The notes below the pieces were generated by a model. The model was not told where the DNA came from. It saw nothing but the letters and a program-made list of their open reading frames with translations, and did no database searches. A DNA stretch of 64,000 bases from Octopus vulgaris (taxonomy: Eukaryota), in contig OX597817.1 in assembly GCA_951406725.2 (NCBI GenBank), positions 95,232,001 through 95,296,000 of the forward strand, written 5' to 3'. The position numbers and the translations under genes are program-made. Positions 24,416 to 39,887 of the stretch are shown here, piece by piece; positions within the stretch are counted from its first letter, which is position 1; each line of letters begins with the position of its first letter.

Positions 24416-25647
24416 TCATCATCATCATCGTTTAGCGTCCACTTTCCATGCTGGCATGGGTTGGACGGTGCAACTGGGGTCTGGGAAGCCAGAAGGCTGC
24501 ACCAGGCCCAGTCTGATCTGGCAATGTTTCTACGGCTGGATGCCCTTCCTAACGCCAACCACTCCATGAGTGTAGTGGGTGCTTTTTATGTGCCACCTGC
24601 ACAGGTGCCAGACAAGTCTGGCAAACGGCCACGGTCGGATGGTGCTTTTTACGTGCCACCGGCACGGAGGCCAGGCGAGATTGGCAAACGGACATGATCG
24701 GATGATGCTTTTTACAGGCCAGGTGAGGCTGGCAACGGCCAAGATCGGATGGTGCTTTTTACGTGCCACCGGCACGGAAGCCGGTCAGGGCGGCACTGGC
24801 AACGGCTACATTCGGATGGTTCTCTTATGTGCCACCAGCGACAATTTCCATTCATGTTGATCAATTTTGATTTTTCATTTTTTCATTTTTTGATTTTCAC
24901 TTGCCTCAACAGGTCTTCACAAGTAGGGTTTTGTGTCCCAAGAAGGAAAGGTATGCATAAGTGGACTGAGGCCATGGGTGATGGTCTCACTTGTCCAGCC
25001 GGGTCTTCTCACGCACAGCATACTTCCAAAGGTCTCGGTCTCTAGTCATTTCCTTGGTGAGACCTAAAGTTCGAAGGTCGTGCTTCACCACCTCATCCCA
25101 GGTTTTCCTGGGTCTGCCTCTTCCACAGATTCCCTCAACAGCTAGGGTGTGGCACTTTTTCACACAACTATCTTCATCCATTCTCACCACATGGCCATAC
25201 CAGTGCGAACGTCTCTCTTGCTCACCACAACTGATGCTTCTTAGGTCCAACTTCTCTCTCAAGGTACTTACACTCTATCGAGTATAAACACTGACATTAC
25301 ACATCCATCGGAGCATACTGGCTTCATTTCTTGCAAGCTTACGCATATCCTCAGCAGTCACGGCCCATGTTTCACTGCCATGTAGCATGGCTGTTCATAC
25401 ACGAGCATCATACAGTCTACCTTTTACTCTGAGCGAGAGGCCTTTTGTCCCTAGCAGAGGTAAGAGCTCTCTGAACTTTGCCCAAGCTATTCTTACTCTA
25501 GCAGTTACACTTTCAACACACCCGCCCCCGCTACTGACTTGGTCACCTAGGTAGCAGAAGCTATCAACAATTTCTAGTTTTTCTCCCTGGAAAGTGACGG
25601 AAGTTGGTCTCAGAGCATTTTCAGTGTTTATTGCTCCTGAGCATCTG
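24416..25647 (-). mobile_element. RTE family A, 5'-truncated
   Basis: ORFs 24987-25262 and 25395-25751 are nearly identical to those in the 7226-8685 copy. Confidence 0.9.
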
Positions 25648-25648
25648 C

Positions 25649-25692
<44 letters not shown>

Positions 25693-26273
25693 CATATACA
25701 CACACGCACACACACATATGTATTTATGTACAAACATACCCATAGGTACATACATGTTTCATGTGTTGAGAAGGGAGGATTACAGTAGTAGTTCGTATTT
25801 TTCTACTTATATAATTATAATAATTATACACAAACACACACATATATATATACATATAAACATGTGATATGTTTTCTATTGAGGGCTTGAGATAAAAGTC
25901 CACAACAAGTGGGTTAGAGTTTATATTAATTGCTGTGATATTAGTCGGTACTAAAAATAATAAATTTCCAGGTATTAATCAAGATACTTTATTATATTAA
26001 TCAAGATGCTGAAATCCTGCTGGAAGTGGGTTGGGGGTTATGGTCAGTCCCGTAATCTAATTGGTCATCTATTGTTTTGAAAGGCCATGACTTTGTTATG
26101 GTTGGTTAATGGATAACCAATAACATAAACAATAAAGTAGGCAAAATATATAAATGTATACAAATAAAAAAAACATAATCTAAGGTTAACTATTAGTAGG
26201 TAGGATAGTAAAAGTCTATAAAGAAATTAATATAGGGACTTGACTCTGTTATATTAAGTTAGGTTATGTTAAA

Positions 26274-26586
26274 TGTGCCGGTGGTACATAAAAAGCACCA
26301 TCCGAACGTGGCCGATGCTAGCGCCGCCTTGGCTGGCTTCTGTGCCAGTGGCATGTTAAAAGCACCAACCGATCGTGGCCGATGCCAGACTCCCCTGGCA
26401 CCTGTGCCGGTGGTACGTAAAAAGCACCCACTACACTCGCGGAGTGGTTGGCATTATGAAGGGCATCCAGCTGTAGAAACACTGCCAGATCAGACTGGAG
26501 CCTGGTGCCGCCCCTGGCTTCCCAGAACCCGGTCGAACCGTCCAACCCGTGCTAGCGCGGTAAACTGACTTTAAACGATGATGATG
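26274..26586 (+). mobile_element. RTE family A 3' UTR fragment
   Basis: aaaagcacc repeats, agggcatccagctgtagaaac and a (GAT)n tail. Confidence 0.8.
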
Positions 26587-26631
26587 AATATATAAGTAAA
26601 ATGTGGATGAATTTATATATATATATATGTA

Positions 26632-26663
<32 letters not shown>

Positions 26664-26664
<1 letters not shown>

Positions 26665-27051
26665 CTTCTCTCTATATATAAACGGCAGTTTGTCTGTGCG
26701 TGTTTCTGTGTGTCTGTTTGCTTGTACCCTCACTCTGACCACGGCTTTCAACCGATTCTGATGAAACTTGACACACACATAGCCCAATGTCATAATTCAA
26801 AACTAACGCAGCGAAAATTTTGAAAAGTTCCCCCAGTTCTGAAAAAAATCGATAAATTCGACATGGGGTCGAGAATCAAAAAAAACAAACCACAGCCTGT
26901 CTAGGGGACGCAACTCAACCTTTTTTTACTCTCAAAAAAAAAATTACCATCATTTTTTTCCATTTTTTTGCTATTTTTTGGCTATAACTCTCTAAAAATG
27001 CTTTATAGTTATTTCCCTTACAAACCTGAGCAACGCCGGGCGATACTGCTA

Positions 27052-27052
<1 letters not shown>
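26664..27052 (+). mobile_element. Complete short non-autonomous Helitron
   Basis: 5' TC (tcttctctctatatataa), 3' hairpin cctgagcaacgccggg then CTAG; inserted between A and T in (TA)n. Confidence 0.75.
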
Positions 27053-27094
<42 letters not shown>

Positions 27095-27690
27095 TATTTT
27101 AGGTTAAAGTGATATTACTAAGGGGATGTGGTTTTAATAGACTGCATATAAAAGATAAGTTATTAAAAAATTTATTAAAAAAAAACAGTATACAATAACA
27201 CATGTATCTGTCTAATTAGGGGAATCATTTGTATATTTACTAAACCACTTGGGTAATATAGGGTTAAAATTAGATGTTGAAAGTTATTCGGGCCAAATTC
27301 AAATAAGGGACAAAAGACCAAAAGTGATCATACAAGTTGTTTCACTAAGTTGTTATTTATCACTAAAATTATGTTTAAAATATATTCTCTGACAAAATAC
27401 ATTAATTGCATTGCTCCATGCAGCAGTGTTTAGTTACTAAATTAATGAACCAACTCAATATATATTCTCTTTTTTATATACCTACATATTTCTAAATTGT
27501 TGTTTTTTATTGCTAAAATTAAGTTTAAAATCTATTTTATCTGACAAAATGCCTCAAATGCAAGACTCTATGTAATAGTGTTGAGTCATTCAGTCCTTTA
27601 AAATATTTATCCGTCTATTTACTCAATTGATTACTTTTAATATTATATTTAAGATGTGTGTGATGGGGGTGTTATTAATTTATAAATAGA

Positions 27691-28400
27691 ATGAAGGCAC
27701 AGTCAGTGCGAGACCTGGGCATTTACATGAGTAATGATGCATCCTTTCATGTGCATGTTGCTAAATTGGCAATGAAATGCAGGTGGCTGACCAAATGGAT
27801 TCTTAGAACTTTTAGAACAAGAGACCAGGAAACCATGACGGTCCTCTGGAGGACACTTGTCCTAAGCCGCTTTAACTATTGCTCTCAGCTATCGTCACCA
27901 ACCAGTGTCAAATTAATCTCAGAACTTGAGGCAATCCAATGAAGCTACACGGAGAAGATAGCCTCTATGCAGCATATAAGCTATTAGGAAAGTCTCAAGA
28001 GATTAAGACTCTATTCCTTAGAGCATAGGCGAGAAAGATATGCCATAATATACATCTGGAAGATCCTGGAAGGACTCGTCCCAAACTTTGGCATTGAGAG
28101 TTACACAAATACTAGAACTGGGCACCACTGCATAATGCCAAGAACTCCAAATTTGCCATCCAGATGTAGGACAAGATACTGCAATAGCCTGGGCTTCAGA
28201 AGTTCACAGCTCTTCAATATCCTTCCAAAGGACCTGAGAGACCTGCATGGGGTGGATATAGGTATCTTCAAAATAAAGCTGAACCTCTTCCTGTCAAGTG
28301 TCCCAGATGAACCAACCTCATGGCAGGAGGTGCAGATGAGGGCAGCTGCATCAAACTCTCATGCACCAAATGTCAATTGCTAAAAAGCATTCGTGAAGTA
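27691..28400 (+). mobile_element. CR1/L2-type LINE 3' fragment
   Basis: SVRDLGIYM, LVLSRFNYCSQL and QLFNILPKDLR..FKIKL motifs. Confidence 0.75.
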
Positions 28401-28702
28401 AAATTATGTAGTAACACTAAATGGCAGTACACCTGCATGGCCACAGCTTGTGAACTGAAACTAGATAAAATAAGAAAAATATATATATATATATGCATAC
28501 ATATCACGGTGACCGACCAGGCTATCAGATGTTGCTACACATCGCTGGTCACAATGCGCTTCGCATTGTTTTAGCCTCCAAATGATGCCACCCCGCTGGC
28601 TAAGCGAGCAGGGGTTATATGTATACATACATATATGTATACATATTACACACATATTTACTTAAAGAACTGATTGTTCTCTTTATTTTCATTTTGTTTC
28701 AG

Positions 28703-28874
28703 GCAATGTCCTCATTCCAGTGCTGTGGATGTCTCCAGTATTTTCTGATGACAATATTAACAAATTTCCTGTTGTCATATTCTCCCATGGCCTTGGAGGT
28801 ATGCGTACAACCTACTCCACTATTTGCATTGATCTCGCATCCCATGGATTCATTGTTGTGGCAGTGGAGCACAG
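28703..28874 (+). CDS. PAF acetylhydrolase coding exon 3
   Basis: Acceptor tttcag, phase 1; [37 protein letters not shown](R) is a hallmark PAF-AH motif; donor gtaata, phase 2. Confidence 0.95.
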
Positions 28875-29635
28875 GTAATATTGCCAGTTTAATCAGATTT
28901 ACTGAGGTGTTGGTACCATTTCAGTTTGGATCTCATATTCCATGGATTAACTGATGTATTGGTAATGCTTCAATTTGGATCTCATCTTCCATGGATTCAT
29001 TGTAATTGTAGTTCTTAATGTTGCTCTGTAATCCTGAACATTGCTGCTCATGTGGACTTATGGCACTATTGAGATCTCTGGTTAAATGTTTACCAGGAGG
29101 CAATCAATATCTTCATTGGATATTTGCAGCTGAGTAAACTCTTCTAAATATACCAAAGCTCAAACAAAGTGGTTGGACCTGTAATCACTGGTATACACTA
29201 GTTGAGCATACTTTCTGTAGTTCCTGGTTTATACTAGGTGTGTATGCAGTGTGTAGCCACCAATATTAGTTGTTGTATATATTGTGAGTAGCTATTGTTG
29301 TTTAACTCTAAGACTTTTCCCACCAGACCTAGGATCAGTCATTCCAACCATGACTTTCTCATTTATTTATAAGTATCTAGGGTTGTTTCCTTATTTAAGA
29401 TGCTAATGTGCCGTTTCTTTATTTAAGATGCTAGTTTGTGGTTTGAAGAGAATTTGGCTGCTATATCATGCAGGGTTAACAATCATTTGGAGTTCTCATT
29501 ATCTGCAAATGTATATATTAAGCACATCACATCTCTTTTACTCTTTACTCTTTTACTTGTTTCAGTCATTTGACTGCGGCCATGCTGGAGCACCGCCTTT
29601 ACAACTGCATATATTTTTTTTTCAATATCTCACAG

Positions 29636-29798
29636 AGATGGCTCAGCCTCTGCAACCTATTACCTAAATGAATGCAGTCTGTTTGATGAAGAAGGTAGTA
29701 ACGTTGATAAATCTGACAGTATTGGTTGTGTTCTCGAAGAAGAATGGAAGATGTATGAACAACACAACAGAGATGATTTTGTTTTGAGAAATAAACAG
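29636..29798 (+). CDS. PAF acetylhydrolase coding exon 4
   Basis: Acceptor cacag, phase 2; (R)DGSASATYYL...FVLRNKQ; donor gtaagc, phase 0. Confidence 0.93.
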
Positions 29799-30462
29799 GT
29801 AAGCTTTCAGATCTAAACCATTAAACAGTATTAACAACAGGACCAATAATGTATTTAATATAGTAATGGGGACAGTAAAGTATTTAAACAATATAATTTT
29901 AAGGCTGGTAAGGTAGTTATTCCACACCAGTAATAAGTTCCATAGTAAAATATTTGTCCATATAATGCCATTGCCACAAATTTTCCTTTACTTCTAAAGA
30001 CACCATTTAAATGAACAATCAAGTTTCTCCTTTGTAGACAAGCTAAACAGCATTAATCAAGTAACTTTTATGTTGAGTCATATAATATTGTAAGTATGTA
30101 AGTGTATAAAAAGATGATATCCTACAATAATATCAATGTTATACAAGACTGTTATACAAAGGTTTAGTTCATACTCAGGCTGTCCTAGTAGGAAAAAATA
30201 TAGATAATTCATATTTGTCCATAGCTTAAATGCCTAAGTAATCCAGATTAGTGGTGGTTAATACAATTATAATTACATGGACTAATTTAACTAATCTTTA
30301 AATATATAAATGTTTTCCATATTTACATCTACACTACATTTTAATTGCATTTGATGATTAATTACCATAAGATGTTTCATTGAAGGATGTTTACTGACAA
30401 ATTAGAAACCTTTATTTCTAAGTAATGAGTAATAATAATGTTTTCCTCTGATGCAGTACAGA

Positions 30463-32505
30463 TCATCATCATCATCACCATCATCATTTAACTTCCGTTT
30501 TCTATGCTAGTATGGGTTTGACGGTTTGACTGGGGACTGGCAAGCCAGTAGGCTGTGCCAAGCTCCAATCTGAACAGGCAAGGTTTCTACAGCTGGATGC
30601 CCTTCCTAACGCCAACCACTCTGAGAGTGTAGTGGATGTTTTTTATGTCCCACCGGCACAGAAGCCAGTCAAGCAGCACTGACATCAATCACGTTTGAAT
30701 GGTACTTTTTACGTGCCACCAGCATGGGGAGCCAGTCAGGCAGCACTGACATCAATCACGTTTGGATGGTACTTTTTATGTGCCACCAGCAGGGGAGCCA
30801 GTCAGGTAGCACTGGCATCAATCACATTCAGATGGTGCTTTTTACATGCCACCGGCACAGGGAGCTAGTCGAGCCAGTCAGGCAGCTCTGGCATTGACCC
30901 ACACTTGAATGGTGCTTATTATGTGCCACCATCAGGGCCACAACTACAATTTCCATTTTGATTTTACTTGCTCCAATAGGTCTTCTCAAGCACAGTGTAT
31001 CGCCCAATGATTCAAGGGTACTTTTAAATGGGCTGGTTATCTGACACATATAGACTATGGCTGTGATCTCACTTTACTTGCTGGGTCTTCTCAATTACAG
31101 CATATCACCAAAGGTCTTGGTCTCTTGTCATTGCCTAACATTCAAAGGTCATACTTCACCACCTCATCCCATGTCTTCCTGGTTCTCCCTCTTCCACGGG
31201 TTCCTTCCACTGTTAGGGTGTGACACTTCCTCACACTGCTCTCCTCATCCATACACAGCACATGACCATGCCAGTGTAGTCATCTCTCTTGCACCTCACA
31301 TGTGATGCTTCTTATGTCCAACATTTCTCTCAGGGCGCTTACACTCTATCGTGTGTATATGCTGACATTACACATCCAGCGGATCATACTACCTTCATTT
31401 CTTTCAAACTTATGTATGTCCTCAACAGTCATGGCCCATGTTTCACTGTTGTGTAGCATGGCAGTTTGCACACATGCATCATACAGGCTACCTTTTACTC
31501 TGAGCAAGAGGCCCTTTGTTAACAGCAGAGGTATGAGATTTCTGAACATTGCCCAGGCTATTCTTATTCTAGTGGCAATGCTCTCAGCGCATCCACCCCC
31601 ACTAAAGACTTTGTCACCTAGGTAGCAGAAGCTATAAACTAGTTTCTTCCGCAGGCATGTGGTGGAATCTGTTTTCTAAACATCTTCAGTGTTTATTGCC
31701 CTTGTGCATCTGCCGCACACAAAAACTATCATCCCGGTTAACCTTCCTTTGATATTGCTACACCTCTTATGTATTCATAGCTTACACTGGGTACATCTTA
31801 TGGAGTTTCTACCTACACCTCTTCTTCAGATTGAGCAGGGCCATTTACCTGAAGGGTTTTGTGATTTGCCCATCTTCCTACTTACTAGGACTTTGGTTTT
31901 TACTAGATTGACTCTGAGGCCCTTTTATTCTAGAACTTGCTTCCACACCTGAAATTTTTTCTCTAATTCTGTGAGTGATTCAGCTATGAGAGCAAGATCA
32001 TCAGCATAGAGGAGCTTCCAGTGGCAGCCTGTCTTGAATTCCTCTGTTATTGCCTGGAGGACAATGATGAAGAAGAGGGGGCTGAGGACTGATCCTTGGT
32101 GAACCCCTACTTTTACTTGGAATTCTTCACTATACTCATTGCTGACCTTCACCTTACTGATCGCATCCCTGTATAGGGTCTGTACAGCTCTGACTAACCA
32201 CTCGTCTATCCCTAGTTTCCACATTGCCTACCAGATAAGGGATCGGGGGGGACCCTGTGAAAGGCTTTCTCCAAGTCAACAAAAGCCAAGTACAGAGGAT
32301 TATCTTTGGCTAGGTATTTCTCCTGCATTTGCCTTACCAGAAATATAGCATCAGAGATGCTTCTATCTGGCACAAAACCAAACTGCATCTCTTCTAGGCT
32401 AACTCTCTCCCTAATTAGTTGGGCTATAACCCTTTCTGTGGTCTTCATCACTTTATCCAGCAATTTGATACCCCTGTAGTTATTTCTGTCTAAAGCATCA
32501 CCATC
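30463..32505 (-). mobile_element. RTE family A-related older copy, including the RT core
   Basis: QFGFVP, FVDLEKAF, GVHQGSVLSP and LLYADDLALIA motifs, plus the 3' UTR and (CAT)n. Confidence 0.9.
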
Positions 32506-33895
32506 CTTAGTTTATATCCAGTCTTGCAATATGTATATATCTGGAATTAAGACACTTTATAACAACAGCGATCAAACCAATTAAAACATAGTGTTGATGT
32601 AAATATGAAAAACATTTGAAGTTAATAATTAATAGAAAAAAATTACAACTTTATTAGCTGTAGAAATTTTTGTGATGGTGTCGTGATGGTGTAATCTTCA
32701 GTCAGCTTTGCTTTCCATCTTTACATGGTCAAGAAGTAAAGGACCATAGTCCAGACTGGTGGTTTAGCTGATTTGTTAAAGCAACAGATGAGCGATGATG
32801 GCAGATATGAGGGTGTTAAGGGAAAAAGAATGTTTGGTGGAAAATAAAGTGGCAGGGGATGGTATTGAGCATGCAGGATGGCTAATAAAGGAAGTGGTTC
32901 CAAGGAGAGGGATAACTGGTAGCACAAAAGGAAGGTAATTCAAATATGTTCAGTTCTGTTCTTATATAATTACAGTGGTTGAGAAAATGATGCTGGTTTT
33001 AGAAGAGTGAGGGAGAGATCAGTGTTAGGAAGAGGAGTTGTGGAGAAAACTTGACAGGGAATAGATTGGGTGCAGGGGCAGAGCCATTAACGATAAACTT
33101 TTCAGATCTCATTTTTTGTTGAGACATTTGGGTCTTCTTGGGAACAATGAATTGCCAGTCATCTCAGTCCTTTGTCATTCCCCCTGAGGTCAGTCTTCAC
33201 AACTATGTCTCAAGTCTTCTTGGTCTCCTTCCACAGGCTCCATCTACATTTAACAATCAGCATTTCTCTATACAGCTGTTCTCATCCATACTCTTCTCAT
33301 GACCATATCTGGTCAGTCTTCCCTTTTGTATGCTATATCTGATTCCTCTTACACAATTTTTCTGAAAGGGTTATAGTTGAGCTATAACCTTTCCAGTAAC
33401 TTTCGTGACCTGGCCCAGAATTTTGATATCTCTATAATTACTTCTCTCTAAGGGACCTCCTTCACCTTGTAACAGTTGATTATAATGTTGCTACTCCAGT
33501 CATTTAGATATGATATCCTCCTGTATAACCTACTTAATTATACAGGTGACTAGACCATATCCCACTCCGCCAGATATTTTAAGCATCTCAATGGTAATTC
33601 TTGATGGACCAGAGGTCTTCTGTCTTCATATTCTCAATTGCTTTATCTCTCTTACTGCTATCAACTAGAATGGCCTTTCCTGAAACCAAATTAGTTGGCT
33701 TACTCGAACCCCATCAATTGCAACAACAGATTTTGGGCTTAACTTTACTTGAAACACTTGGGTGATGAAACATAAGAAAATCATTCACACAATGCCTGTG
33801 AACTTACAGCCAGTATTGTCTGTAGTTCAGCAACCGTTCCCTTGTAATTTCATGGTTAATATATTAATACCATTTCCCTTTTGATTTAATTTCAG

Positions 33896-34009
33896 GTTAA
33901 AATCAGACAACAAGAATGTATCCAAGCACTAGAGCTCCTTCACAAACTCAATAATGGGGAAACAATTTCTAACCTTCTAGACACTAATATGAGTTCTGAC
34001 CATTTCAAA
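33896..34009 (+). CDS. PAF acetylhydrolase coding exon 5 (last one found)
   Basis: Acceptor tttcag; VKIRQQECIQALELLHKLNNGETISNLLDTNMSSDHFK resembles VRQRAKECSQALSLI...; donor gtaatg, phase 0. Confidence 0.9.
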
Positions 34010-34946
34010 GTAATGCTACTTCATTTTTATTTATTCAATTGAATTAGATTTTTAATTGCTGCAGCAAATGTCATTGTACATCACTGCATCATTTGTAAAT
34101 TTTATTTTTAACTGTAAAACATTGGATAATGCTGGCAGAAACATTAGCATGCTAGACAAAATGCATAGTGACCTTTCTTTTGACTTTACATTCTAAGTTC
34201 AGATTCCACCAAAGTCTACTCTGCCTTCCATCCTTTCAGGGTTGATAAAATAAATACCAGTTGAGCACTGAGGTTAATGTAGTCAATTAACCCCACCCAA
34301 CCCCCAGAGTTTCAAGCCTTGTGCCTATAGTAGAAAAAGTTATTTCTAATTGAGGTACAAAGCCAGCGACTTTGAGAGTAGGAGGGTAGAGTGGGGGTAT
34401 TGTGCACGACAATAAAGTACATGACTGGTACTTTATTTTATTGGCCTTCAATGAATGAAAGGCAAAGTTGACCTTGGTGGGATTTGAGCTTCAAATATAA
34501 GGAATTGGAATAAACGGTGCAAGGCATTTTGTTGAACATTCTAACAACTCTTACAATCCATCAGTAGTCTTTGTTGTTACAATCTACATTTAATTTTTGT
34601 TTCTTATTCTTTTTCAATTGTGGTAAGAGTCTAGAGCCTTGGTTCCCAAACTGGGGTCCATAAAGTGATTTTAAGGGGTCCACGAAGGGGCTGCCAATTT
34701 TCAAATTTTTAATGTTCAAAACCTTAGGTTTTCCGGTTTTAGTTAAAACTGGAACCATTGAACATGCATGCACTACATAGAAACCCTAGTTTACGTGTTA
34801 AAAAACCTTACAGATAAAATGCATGAGGTGACTCATCATGATACATGCAGGGTGTACACATACTTGAATGCAGGCATCTCTCTGCAGCTTTATCGAATAG
34901 TGCGGGGATATGAGTACAACAAGTCTAAACAGGATGGAAAATTGGT

Positions 34947-35622
34947 GGTGTAGCAGCCCAGAATATACCCCTGCCCAGACTATACCTGGGGCTAGCTCAG
35001 ACTATACCCCTTCCAGACAACTAGGCCAGAATATACGCCTATCCAGACTACCCCATGCTTGCAGACAAATAATACAGATGTACCTCACTTATAAAAGTTA
35101 CCTCAGAACATATATAAATTTGATATCACTCAATGAAGAATTAAAAGTTACATGTAAATTTCGATTTAAACATAACAATTTAGAATTATCAAATGCAAAA
35201 TACTTTAAAACGTACCAATATGAATCCAACACGAATGGCCACATTTGTTCAAGTCTATTCTAGGACTCATAGTACAGGTGCACTGCACAGCATGCACAAG
35301 TCATCAATTTTTCTCCAATCTACCTATACATTAGGTTTATATTGGTACATTGAATATTTGCATTTGATAGTTCTAAATTACTATGTTTAAATTGAAATTT
35401 ACATGTAACTTTTAATTCTTCATCGATTGATATCAAATTTTATATATGTTCTGAGGCAGCTTTTATAAGTGAGATACATCTGTGTTATTTGTCCACAAGC
35501 ATGGGGTATAGTCTGCACAGGGGTATATTCTGGGCTGGCTGTCTGGAGTGGGTATTGTTTGGGCTAACCCAAGCTAGCTCCGGGTATAGTCTGGGCAGGA
35601 GTATATTCTGGGCTGTTACAGC
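34947..35622. mobile_element. Foldback MITE with long inverted arms and tatacc subrepeats
   Basis: tgtagcagcccagaatatac.../...gtatattctgggctgttaca; complementarity extends more than 200 bp inward. Confidence 0.8.
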
Positions 35623-36021
35623 AGCTCATTGAGGACATAGTCCACAAGAGTGGTTTATGAAGAAGTTGCGATATGTTTTCACCATCACACATTTACAAAT
35701 ACCTATATTTTCAACATATTTATCATCATAAGTTCATTCTTAATTTTACTTTTTATGTTTGTATTAATCATCAATAAGTAAGGACCTAATAGGCCAATAA
35801 AAAGACTAGCTAGCAGCACTGTCAGAATTAAGTTGTTCGTTCAACATAAAGTACCTAGCATCTTTTAGTTGAACTTTTTTTAAAGTAGCTACAAGGCATT
35901 ACAATGCTAAGAAACTTAAGCTAAGTGCAGCTGAATGACTAAAATGAGGATATTGAAGTAAAACAAAATGAATCAATTCCGAAATAACTACTGCATGAAT
36001 AAGGATATGTTAAATATATCT

Positions 36022-37556
<1,535 letters not shown>

Positions 37557-38634
37557 TTTATTATATAGAAGGAGCTTCTACAGGACTAGTACTGTTTCAT
37601 TCAAGAGAAATCTTCAGGAAGCTATTTAACAAGAATTGTATTAGCATTTATACATTTAGGCAGGTTTAAAGGAGTGGTGGTGGGGGACTTTTTTGGGGGT
37701 AGGCATAGCGCAAAATATCATACTTGGGGGAGTGGTCAAGGAGTCAGTGGTGGATGAAAGTTAGATAAATAAAAAAATAAAAAATAAATAATAAAAAATA
37801 AAAATAAAAAAATAAAAATAAAAAATAAAAAATAAAAAATAAAAAAATAAAATAAAAAAATAATAAAATAAAAAAATAAAAATTAGACAACCCCCTTCAA
37901 CCGAATCGCTACACCTGAGCTAAATCTTTTTCACTCTCCTACAGAAACACTTCCCCACCCAACATAAGTACTACACTATCCTAAATAAGAACACTATTAG
38001 ACTCTCCTACTCTACCACGCCCAATCTAGCCAGGAACCTAGCCAACAACAATGTGAAAAAACTTAACATATCTACTTTCTCCGGGGCCCATCCAACGTCC
38101 GATAGCAGTTGCAACTGCCATGATAAAACCACCTGCCCCCTCAACAACAACTGCCTACAGAGGGACCTAGTATATAAATGCGAGGTAAGATCAGGCCTTG
38201 ACGATAAAAGTAAATCCTACATTGGAATGACGTCAAACAGCTTTAAGACCCGCTGGTACGCACATACACACTCGTTCCGGCGACAGGATAAATCCAACCA
38301 AACTACCCTCGCCGCCCACATCTGGTACCTTAAAAGGAACTCAATCCCCTTCAAGACCAAGTGGAAACTACTACAGAAGGCGCGCTCGTACACAGGAGGA
38401 CATACCTGCTGTGACCTATGCATATCAGAGAGCCTAGAGATCTTGTTCGCCAAAGGCCCTCTCCTTAACAAATTTTCAGAACACTCCCCAAATTGCATGC
38501 ATAAGAAGTATGCGAACTACAAGAACTATAGACCTACCCGGCAACCTGATTGATGACAACCCCCCCCCTACAACCCCCCCCAACCCCACTGTTCCCCTAG
38601 CACCCCCGATTACCTTTTCTCCTAAGACCTTTCA

Positions 38635-38778
38635 CATATTGTATGTGCACGCTTGTATATGTGTATCGTATGTATGTATATATGTATAGAAATGCATGGG
38701 TACAGTAGGAATATACGCATGTATTATGTGTGTGTGTGTGTATGTATGCATGTAAAAATATATATATGTATATATATT

Positions 38779-38825
<47 letters not shown>

Positions 38826-39461
38826 GCTTGTATGTGTGTGTGTGTGTATATATGTATATGTGTTTGTATGTATATGTGTATATACGTATATGCATATGTA
38901 TGTGTAAATGTATGTGTTTATGTATGTGTATGTATGTATAAAATATTATATAATTAGGGCTTAGTAAAATAAAATAAATTACTTTGCCACATACTAAACT
39001 TTCTAGAAATAGCAGCCAATAAAGTTTTTTAGCCTCTTCCACTACTTAGAGAATTTTTTTCCCTCTAACATTGTTTACTCAAAATAATAATGGTCCCTTT
39101 ACATACTGAATACTTGGTGAAATTGATTAATAACTAATTAACTTTACCCTCCCTTGTTGATATATATATATGTATATGTGTACATGTATGTATATATGTG
39201 TGTGTGTGTATGTGTGTATGTATGTATTTGTATATGTGTGTGTGTATATGTATGTGTGCGCGTGTGTGTGTATGTATGTGTATGTATATTTGTATATGTA
39301 TATGCATGTATATATATGTGTGTGTATATGTGTATTATGTATGTATTTATATAGATATGTAATTTATATATATATGTATGTATATGCATCTGTCTGTGTG
39401 TGTGTATGTGTATATATGTGTATCATTATTGCGTATGTATACATGTATATGTGTATATGTA

Positions 39462-39523
<62 letters not shown>

Positions 39524-39614
39524 GTATGTGTATGTACATGTATATATATATGTGTGTATATATATATATGTTTATATGTGAGTATGTAGAGATATAAGTA
39601 TATGCATGTGTATA

Positions 39615-39647
<33 letters not shown>

Positions 39648-39818
39648 GTATGGGTATGTGTATCAGTGTATATGTATATATGTGTGTGTGTGTGTATGTA
39701 TATGTATGTATATGTGTATATATGTATGTGTATATGTGTATATATGTGTATATATATGTATGCATGTGTATGTGTATGTATATGTATATGTGTATGTATG
39801 TGTATGTGTATATATGTA

Positions 39819-39887
<69 letters not shown>

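Noticed and set aside
30640-30930. CRISPR-like repeat array
   Set aside because: Whole units repeat without unique spacers, it is part of the RTE 3' UTR, the context is eukaryotic, and there are no cas genes.
32645-32710. Further hammerhead (minus-strand CTGAAGA)
   Set aside because: No matching GAAA or stems; at most a decayed remnant.
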